Source: the human T2T-CHM13v2.0 reference genome, Homo sapiens
Length of the DNA stretch: 64,000 nt
Direction: 5' to 3' (one strand)
NCBI RefSeq assembly: GCF_009914755.1
Contig: NC_060932.1
Numbering within the stretch: the first letter of the stretch is position 1; the number at the start of each line of letters is the position of its first letter. The notes under the pieces are model-generated. The model had not been told where the DNA came from, ran no database searches, and worked only from the letters and a program-made list of their open reading frames with translations. Shown piece after piece: positions 53,940 through 64,000 of this stretch. Position numbers and translations under genes: made by a program.

Positions 53940-56189
53940 GTAAGTTCCTCGCCCTTGGGGGCGCGAACCCGCGGCGAGGAGGGCGCATCCCGGGCGCGCG
54001 GGCAGCGGGGCTCGACGGCCGCCCGAGCAAGGCAGAGGCGCTCTGGGTCCCAGTTGTTGGTTTCAGGGTGGTGGGTTCTCAGCGATCCTCAGAGAGGGAG
54101 GTTTCGCTTTCTCCAGCTTCCCTTGTCTTAGGCTTTGCCACTGGAGAAAGCCCAAGTTTAGTCCTGGGTTGGGGCCTCCTGAAACTTTTTAATCCTTTGG
54201 GGTTTGGCTCACCAAGTAGATCGGAAATGTGCCGGCTGCTTTCTTGTGGGTGATATGAACTTGGCTTTGGTTAGGAGTTGCTGATTCTGGGCCTCCTTTG
54301 AAGGAGGAAGGGTGAGTCCCGCAGGATTTTAACGCCTTCCCTTCACTTGGAGTCCAGAGTGTGGAGATGGTTAGGGGTTTGCTTCTGTGTCTGTGAAGTC
54401 TCTGCAAGGAAGGGGCAGTGCACTGACATTCCCCGACAGATGTGGCAGAGTTTTTTGGCAACTCAATGTCCAGCAGAGAGGTGCAGTCTGTACCTTGTGA
54501 ATATGTGTAATATGTGAGAATTATAAAGTTGTTATTGGTGGGGGTTTTTTTTTTTGGCCAAGTCATCTCAAGAAATTTTGTTTTCACAATATTTTGGTTT
54601 GGAGGATGTTTTTGCACTTCACTGCATCAGAACAGATGAACGAAATTATGGAATATCACATGTAGGCCCTGAAGAAGAAGAATTTTGGAAGTTTAGCAAT
54701 TATTTGCTACACCTTTTCCCACTTACCACTGAAAAGTATTCTTCCCGGGTCTGCTTCATATGATCAGGTTTGAGAAATTAGCTGATTATCTCATTTCGTT
54801 GCTGAGGTAGCATTATGTTTATGCCATTCATAAACTAATTTCTATGATCTAAATATCTGTATAATTTCCTGATTACTATATAATCACTAACACATAGCGG
54901 GGTTTCTTCTCAAACAGTAAATTAACACGATTACACATCACAAATTCCAACATGCATAATAGCTTTTCCCCCTGGTCTTTATGTATCCGTCTAATAGACG
55001 TTTGGGTTAATTGAATTTTTATAAAACTCAGCACCATGCCAAGCAGAGTCTGCCTGTGATGGAGAGTGTGTCAGTTCTTTTAAATTTGTGTCTGGTGGGG
55101 GCCAATTATTTAAATTTCTGGTTGGCATTTGTGGTGGTTAAGTCCTGCTGTTAATTAATACCTGATGATTTGGTTTTAATGACAGCAAAGATCATTGTTC
55201 ACCCACCATTCCCTTATCTGAACAATGTACTTTGTATGCCAGAGACCTGTTAGGATTGCACCACTCAGTGGACAGAAGCTGTTCAGAGAGTGGTGCTGAA
55301 GAAAGCTAAGTGGCATAGGGATTCCCTGAGACCCACTGATAGATGTCACTCCAAAGCATGGGAAATGCTCTGCTGGGAGCTGTCTTATTAGGCAACCGAA
55401 AAGCTCAGCACCATCGTACTGCAGCATATGTTACTCTGTTACAGAATCTGAAACAAAACCTTTTAAGCAACACCACTGTCCAGTTTTCATATGTTTTATA
55501 GTGTGTAATTCAGGAAGGATTTTTCCTTTATCCCAAGTCATGAGTTTTGAATCATTCACACCACATGGTGGGAAGTTAATATAAAGGGGATTGTAGTTAG
55601 CTGTGATGCCTAGGATTGGGGGTGCATTACTACATTATCAATTGTGTTAGTTATACCTTTTAACTAGAAATAAATGTAAGACTTGAGAGGTAAAGTTCTT
55701 ACAAGCATCCAGAGAATGTTTGGAAATGGAAAACTCATGTTGTTTGGAGGAATCATATTCTATTCTTGTGCTTCTAAGGGGAAAAAACTTCATTGAAGGT
55801 ACTTAGTTTTGTCCCTCAGTTTGCCAGTCAAAAGAAATATAATACATAGTTGTAAGTTGTGGCACGTTTTAAAAAAATGGGTTTTTAATGAGCTGGAGAT
55901 ATTTTTGCATGTAATCGAGTATGTTAAGAAATCACAAAGTTACTGCCCTGGATTTCTATAGCTATTGTGTGTGCTTGGCGATTTTTGTGTTATATGATTT
56001 AAAGTAGGATATTGCTTTTAACCTCAAATAGATTTAGCTAAGTTCTAACTGAAATCATGCTAAAAGTTTCTCCTCGCATTTTTACAAACATAGTGTTTCT
56101 TGTAAAACTGGAGGATAAAAGCAAATAATATCAGCTATTTTATATGATGTAAATTCAGTAAATCTGCACTTGGAATATTGAGTGTAAAA

Positions 56190-56219
56190 GTGTGTGTGTG
56201 TGTGTGTGTGAGAGAGAGA
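56190..56219. repeat. (TG)n(AG)n microsatellite
   Basis: Read directly. Confidence 0.9.
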
Positions 56220-59200
56220 ATGAATGAATGTGTGAATTCATCCAGTTGTGTGGTGTCAGATAATGCCATTCAGAATTTGCCAGGCAAAGAAACACAGAAA
56301 AATGGAAAAGAGAGAGAGAGAGAGAACTAGCAAGAGGAAAGAATGAGAATGAGAATGGGGGCTGATTTGTTCTGGTTGAGCTGCTTCTGGTCAGAAGATT
56401 TCAGGGAGAGTGATGGAGCAGAAGGCCCTCACCTAACATGAAGCTGCCCTGGGGGCGTGATGGTTGTGTGCAGGCTTGAGCCATAATGCTAGGCTGGAGA
56501 AGGAATAGAGCAAAGTCATTTTGTGATATCATACCCAGGGGAACAGTTTCCAGCTCTGCTGCTCTCAGCTGCAGTGTTGTTTCCTACAAGTTGTTTGCTA
56601 GTGTAGAAACTACACATGCAACAGATTAGCCTTAGGGTTGAGTTAATAAAAATCTTTCCTCTTGAAATTCCTTTTTCTCTTTCCCCCTCATCTAATATAA
56701 ACTCCGGAATAATGTCGATAAAACAAGAAGCTCTTTGAAAAATGGACCTTTGGAAACAGAAACTATGAGTGTATTTTAGAAGACAACATGGAAATTCATA
56801 GCTTAATTGCTTTGTAGTTGAAGTTTGTATAAATGACACTTCCTTTACAGTTATTTAAAGTGTTTGTAGTCTTCACTTTTTCTGTTGCTCACTGAACGAC
56901 CTAAGAAATATCCTTGGGTTTTATGTTCATTGGAATGCAGGATAATTTGCTGTCCGATTAAATCTCTATTATTCAAACAAGTCATTGTTTGATGTGCTAC
57001 ACTTTTAGCTTCCAAAGCATTGTGGTTATATGAGGCAGAAGCTGATTTCCAAAAAGGAGTACAAACACTGAGGTTGAATAACATCTACAATTGGGCTATG
57101 CCAGATTTGTACATCAATTCTGATCTTACAAGCCAATATAAGTATTTTATATCATATGATGGTAGAATGAAGATGTATACATGTATGCATGTATTGATAA
57201 TGTAAACATCTTTATCAAATATTTATGATACATAGCACTTGCTCTTTTTAATATCTTCAGTCACTATTTAATAAAGTGTGCTAACCTTATGGTGTTTTGA
57301 AAATGAAAGAAAATGCTGCAGAGATTTTCCAGTCAGCATTAAAGAAAACTATTCTTAATAAAAGCTATATTAAGGAAATAGAAACAGTAACAGATATAGC
57401 CTGACTGCTTGTATGTTGTAAATACACATGTAAATTTAATTTCCCAAGTGTTTGTGACTGCTCTTTTTAAACTTTATAAATCTTGCTGTCAAAAATCTAT
57501 ACCGGATTTAAAATAGCTACTTCTACTGAGTAGAGAAACTATGTATTTATTTATATGTATGTTAAAAATGAAACCAACATAGGTCATTTGGGAGAAGAAC
57601 TCCTTAGAATAAAAATATTTTAAAAAGTGGATTTAAATATCTGAGTTAGAATATTTCACTAGCACTAGGGGATCGTTCTTGTTGTTGTGGGGTATCTATA
57701 AATCCTCTGAATGTAGGGAAAGTCTTACCATATGTCCTGATGTATTAAGTAAGACTAGGAGCTTTAGACAACAGAGAATTAAAACAGTGAGCTGTACTTC
57801 CTCTGGCTTGTATATTTATAGCAAATGAGAGCAAAATATGTGATTGGGCGGGTTATTGCCCTTGTCAAATATAATCTATTCATTCTTCCGGAAATCTCCT
57901 TTGCTTCGATACCTATTTTCTTCCTGTTTTTTTTTCTTAATTATAAACATAATGTCTTTTACAACCCTCTTGTACATTTCAGTGACAATTTATGAACTGC
58001 TTAGATATCCAAAGATCTCTAAATCCTCATAGCAATACTTAGCCTTTTATTTGTTTTAAATATGGTTGAATGATCTGAAAAAATAATCTCTTTTGATAGC
58101 TCTTAATGAATGGGTATTTTGATTAGCTTTGTATAGATAAATGATAATGAAAACAAAAAGTATACAATTAGGGTTCTTACTGATTCAAGCAATTTGTTAC
58201 CACCCCAAAATAGTGCAACATGGCTTAGTGAAAGTCTTCATAAGAAAGTAAAAACTAATTTACAATGTTCTTATTTCCTAATCACAGAAATGGGCATTGT
58301 GGACAGTTTTCAACCAATATATGAATACTCTAAATTTGTGCATACATATTGTTACTCCACTTTTATGTTATAACATGTAAGTTAAAATTACTATTATGAA
58401 AGAATATATAACCTGGCTAGTTTACCCCCAACCTCTCCAGAATATCAGTCGCTTTATAGTACTTGAACGTTTGCTTAGTGACACATTCTGTTGAAATCTA
58501 ATGTTGAATTATTTGTGGATTTACAGAATATACAAATTCACAAATAATTGTATGACTAAGACAAAACTTGGTCATTTTAAGTTGAGGGATTGTCCTAGTT
58601 GAGAGGTTGTGTTTTCATATTGCCTAAGTTGTTGAGTGCTGTAGTGCACTTCAAGTAAATCTGTTTCTGAAGACTTGCCCCCTGGATTTTCGTCCCTAAA
58701 TTATCCATACAGGTTGAAGCAGATAAAATACAAGAAATTTTGGTGAAGTTGAAGGTTAAAAATAGATTGACTAGTCTCTTCTTGGCATAGATACAATTAT
58801 TAGGAAACAGTTCTCCCTAATACAGACTTGCCATCCAGGCATCCTAGAGAGAGATGCATATGTGGTAATTTACATTAATTTTTGGTCTTCTTCAGGAGAA
58901 CCAGGATATTTTTCCCTACGGAAAATAGTTTGTTAGGAAGTTCTTTCCTGGCCCTTGATTTACCTCATTTGGACCTAGTAAAATTTATACCTTGTTTTAA
59001 ATTACAACTAAAAAATCAAAAAGAAGAAATGTTACCTACAGTCTGGATGGACCGTAAGAGACTGTCCTACTACTTTCTAACTCAGACTTCTGTGTTTTTT
59101 CTTTTCTTCTTCTTTATTTCCCCTATGAAGATACTACAGGGGAAGCCTTGGGTAAATGATGGGGCCCAGGAGTGGATTGTAGTGTATGAGTTTAGGATTG

Positions 59201-61143
59201 CTAGTCATTATCATATGGACTAGCCTTCTCTCGAAACCTTGAAATTCAGCTGTCCGGGTCCAAGGAATGTTGGAAAATAGAGGTCTTAGATCACAAGACT
59301 GTGAATGCAAATGGTCTTTCTGTTTCTGATGGAGTCTTTGTCCATCCCATGAGGACGTGGATGGTAACCTGCATTGCATCTCTAGTTCAGAGGCTTTCTC
59401 TCCAAAGCCCAAGGCTCTGTCTTTGGACATCTGCCCTGGCTTGCTGGGAACAAGAAAACAGCTCTGAGTGGTGCATGAATCCGGAGCTAGTAGCCAGGTT
59501 TATGAGGTAGCAATGGTCCAAGGGAACCTAGAGGAGGGAATTGTTTCCTTTTCTTTTGCTCTGCTGTGCTAGAATATGTGAGCTGAATCAAGCCCAGTGC
59601 AAGGGAACATACCTGATGAGGGCACTAGAGTCTTGGTACTGGGTATACCTAAGAGCCCAGGGGATGGACGAGGGATAAGAAATGTGAAGTACTGTCAGCT
59701 TCACTAAATTTGGAAAATGCATACCAGTAATACTATCATCCCAAATGGTTGTCTTTTATCTGGGAATTGCCATTAAGGCAAAGATAGCTAAAAAAATTGA
59801 GGGCATACTAAAACCACATAGTTATAACTACCACTTATGGAGTTGGTAAATTTTTTTGGCCTCTTTGATAGACACATAGAGTTTGATTTTTATGTGTAGA
59901 TTAAATTCCTGTTAAATAATTAATGAATAAATGACTGAAGGACCCCAGCTGGTTGGATAGTGGAAATCACTGTTCTAGCCTAAATTTAGAAAGATAAAAA
60001 CATACTTTTGATTTTTTTCTCTTCTCATCTCTGATATGGTGAGTTTGATACCAGGACACTGTTCCCTTCTCTTCCCATCCAGAGCCTTACTGTAATCTGG
60101 ATCGACCTTTGGGGCTTCAGAGAAAGGTTGTTTAATTTCCCAAAACTTTTCCCTCACTTATTTTTAGAACAATATTTGTTCTGTGTAGCTTATAGCCCAG
60201 CAGGAAAAAAAAATTCCAGTGTTGTAAATGCTTAAAAGTACAGAAGAGTTTTGCTGTAGTCTATGAACCCTTACCACTGTTTTCAGCAGAACCATTTGTA
60301 AACCATCCCAGTTTATTTTGGGTGACAGACTTCAGTATTCAGAAATTTTGTGTTCTCCTTGGATCTCTCTTCACAGGTGTTTAACCATCTCAGTACTGTA
60401 AGTGATACTTTATGTTGAAATTCATTCTCATAACTGAAGATGGAAAAACACAGCTTATATCCCTAAGAAGTAATACAAAGAGGTTTTAGATCAGTTCCTC
60501 TTTACTTATTTTTCTTGTTTCTAATATCACAACAGCTCTTGGTTTACCTGCAGGTGGGGTGGCATGTGCCCATTTGGGCTCTGATGAATAATGAGGTTCT
60601 TTGCCTTCACTTCCTCAGTCGGCCCTGGAGGCACTGTGGGAGATGATGTGTTATCAGTGAAGCAGCAGATGTGGTGGCAGCATTTTCCTCCACTGCAGGG
60701 AGCATCCCGTCTGTACCTCTGTACAGAGCAGGGGAGCTGTCTACTGAGAAGGAAATGGATGGCTGTGTTTGCTTCACATAGAATTTCTCATTAGCCTTGG
60801 GAAGTGGTTCTGGCAGTTGGGGCCCCTTGGTGGTTGCCAGGATGGAGAGGTTCTGCTCAGAGTGGGTGTGCTCATTGTCCTGTCATCTGCACAAAGGGCC
60901 ACAGCATTGAGATAACCTAGGCATGCTGCTGCTTTGCAAGCCCGGACACCTCCGGACAATCCTTTCCTCTGTTGTCTTCATTCCCATCCATAGAGATGGG
61001 TCACATCTTGTCCTCAGGAACACTAGCACCTTTCTTTTTGTTGGAGCAGAAATTTTATAAAACACCCTAGCATTTTGGAATATAGTTTTATTCCGATGAG
61101 CAGTTTAGAAAAATTTATGGTAACATAAAATTTACCATTTTAA

Positions 61144-61642
<499 letters not shown>

Positions 61643-62150
61643 CTACCTTTCTTAAGTGTAGAGTTCAGCAGTATTCAATACATTCATAATGTTGTACAAC
61701 TATCACCATCATCCATCGCCATACTCTTGACCTTGTAAAACCAAGACTCTATACCAATTAAATTACAACTTCTCATTTTCTCCTCCCCCAGCCACTGACA
61801 AACACTATTCTACTGTTTGCCTCTCTGATTTTTACTAAGTGCATCATTTAAGTGGAATCATATGGTATTTGTCCTTTTGTGACTGGCTTATTTCACTTAC
61901 CATAATGTCCTCAAGGTTCATCATGTTGTAGCATATGTCAGAATTTCCTTCTTTTGAAAGGCTCAATAATTTTCCATTGTATGTAAATAACACATTTTGT
62001 TTATTCATCCATCCATCCATCAGTGGACACCTGGTTTACTTTCACATTTTGGCTATTATAAATAATGCTGCTGTGAAATGTCTTCTCAAATCCCTGCTTT
62101 CAATTTTTTGGGTATATACACAGAAGCAGAATTGCTGAAACATATGGTAA

Positions 62151-62462
<312 letters not shown>

Positions 62463-63190
62463 TCATATGGTAGTTCTAGGTTTGCTTTTTGGAGGAGCTA
62501 TCATACTGTTTTCCATAGCAGCTGCACCATTTTACATTCCCACCAGCAGTAAACAAGGGTTCCAGTTTTTCCACATCCTCCCTCACACATGCTATTTTCT
62601 ACTGTTTTGATACTAGCCTTCCTAATGCACGTGGAGTAGTGGTGAGCAGTTTTTATATTGTTGTTGTTTTCTATACAGAGTTAGTGTCTCTAATTACACT
62701 GTCATTAACAAGAAGCAAAAGTTCTCAGAAAAGAGAGGTGTTCATTTATTCAACTCTTAGTTTAAATAGCATGTAAGATCCTGAATCTGAAACCATGAAA
62801 TAAGGAAATTACAATGGATAACAGCTTAATAAAAACAATGATTTAAAGAGTAAGCTTAGAAATAAAGAATTGAGTAAGCTTCGATTTAAAGAATAAGCTT
62901 AGAAATAAAAACAATGAAAGATGTAAAGAATAAGCTTAGAGAATGGACTTACAGAAAACAGTCCTCCAAGGTCATCATGAGAATATTGTATTTTTATTCA
63001 TATTGCTATCAGTGTAGTCCAGAAAGGAACCTTATCATACTTTGATTAGTTTCAGAACCTTTTAATTGATTTAATGTATTCATTAATTGCCTCTACCCCA
63101 GCAATTTCCCTGTCTGTATTCCTGTCCATTGCCCCAATCCCCTTCTAATCAGTACGCACCAGAGGCTGAGTCATTCTAAAATACTACTTT

Positions 63191-63486
63191 TTTGTTTGTT
63201 TGTTTCAGACAGGGTCTTGCTCTGTCATCCAGGCGGGAGTGCAGTGGGATGATCTTGGCTCACTGCAGCCTCAACCTCATGGACTCAAGCAGTCCTCCAC
63301 TTCAGCCTCCCAAGTAGCTGGTATCACAGGCCCATGCCACTATGCCCAGCTAATTTTTGTATTTTTTGTAGAGATGGGGTTTTGCCATGTTGCCCAGGCT
63401 GGTCTTGAACTCCTAAGCTCAAGCAATGCTCCCACCTCAGCCTCCCAAAGTGCTGGGATTACAAGCATGAGCCACTGCACTTGGCC
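63191..63486 (-). mobile_element. AluJ inserted in an L2 remnant
   Basis: Antisense Alu; TSD AAAT.CTACTTTT; L2-like flanks. Confidence 0.9.
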
Positions 63487-64000
63487 TGAAATGCTACTTT
63501 TCTTAGGTCTTGTTCCCTACTTAGAAAGTTTCAATGTATGCACCATAGTTAACTCAAGATCTCAACATTCAATATCCTCCTTAGCCTCAATAAAGCCTTA
63601 TCTTTCTCACCTTCCCATATGAACACTTCATCCACTCTGACTGCTCCCTGAACAGGCCAGGCACTTTCCTAACCCTCCTGTTTTTACATATGCCATTTCC
63701 TCTGCCTCGATCTTCTTCCACCCTCATTTCTACCTGTGGAATTTCTGTTCTTCCTTCTAGGGACAGCTCAAATCCTACTGCTTCCATAATGAAACTAGTA
63801 ATGATTCCTACCAGGGATATGCACTCTAGAATTTGAACACAGAGCTCCTCTTTCCTGTGTACCTTACACAAGGTACTGTTACAAATTTTCCTTCTGTCAT
63901 ATTGTGTTTGTTACAATGTATGTATTTTAAAATTTTTCTCTGTTTCTGTGTGTCTTGCCTCACTGGCAGCCAACACTATTTTGTGTTTGGATACTAGCAG

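Larger units (their letters stand above)
52180..54090. promoter_or_regulatory. NRG1: CpG island / NRG1 type IV and type II promoter region
   Basis: Abrupt rise in GC content and CpG density spanning both first exons. Confidence 0.95.

Noticed and set aside
52439-54030. Several long antisense and sense ORFs in the CpG island (e.g. 52439-53182 minus, 52977-53561 minus)
   Set aside because: Low-complexity Arg/Pro/Gly/Ala translations expected from stop-poor GC-rich DNA; no recognisable domains
53940-54253. C-terminal 104 aa of the 352-aa ORF-track protein
   Set aside because: Read-through past the canonical GTAAGT donor; GGF2 continues in a downstream exon

Overview
Primate, almost certainly human, genomic DNA: the extreme 5' end of NRG1 (neuregulin 1, 8p12) on the + strand. 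About 52 kb of gene-free, repeat-rich upstream sequence contains Alus, old L1M and young L1PA elements, THE1 and MLT1 MaLR proviruses, HAL1, MIR/L2, MER5A/MER45A and a 5S rRNA pseudogene. It is followed by a CpG island carrying two alternative first exons: the type IV exon (E187; MGKGRAGRVGTT, donor after 52641) and the type II/GGF2 exon (ATG 53195, donor after 53939). About 10 kb of intron 1 follows. The upstream region is the schizophrenia-associated HapICE interval; SNP contexts are recognised from memory. Apart from these two exons, the ORF track consists of repeat-derived or GC-rich artefacts. I see no new multi-gene system. The most interesting leads are: (i) a possible in-frame splice joining the type IV exon to the GGF2 exon; (ii) a 247-codon overlapping alternative-frame ORF with a strong-context AUG in the GGF2 exon; (iii) several template-switch scars (a perfect 41-bp inverted repeat and two locally templated insertions); (iv) a TSD-less AluYg6; (v) a 4xG5 G-quadruplex motif upstream of the promoter. 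Repeat subfamily calls and boundaries were made by eye and are approximate.
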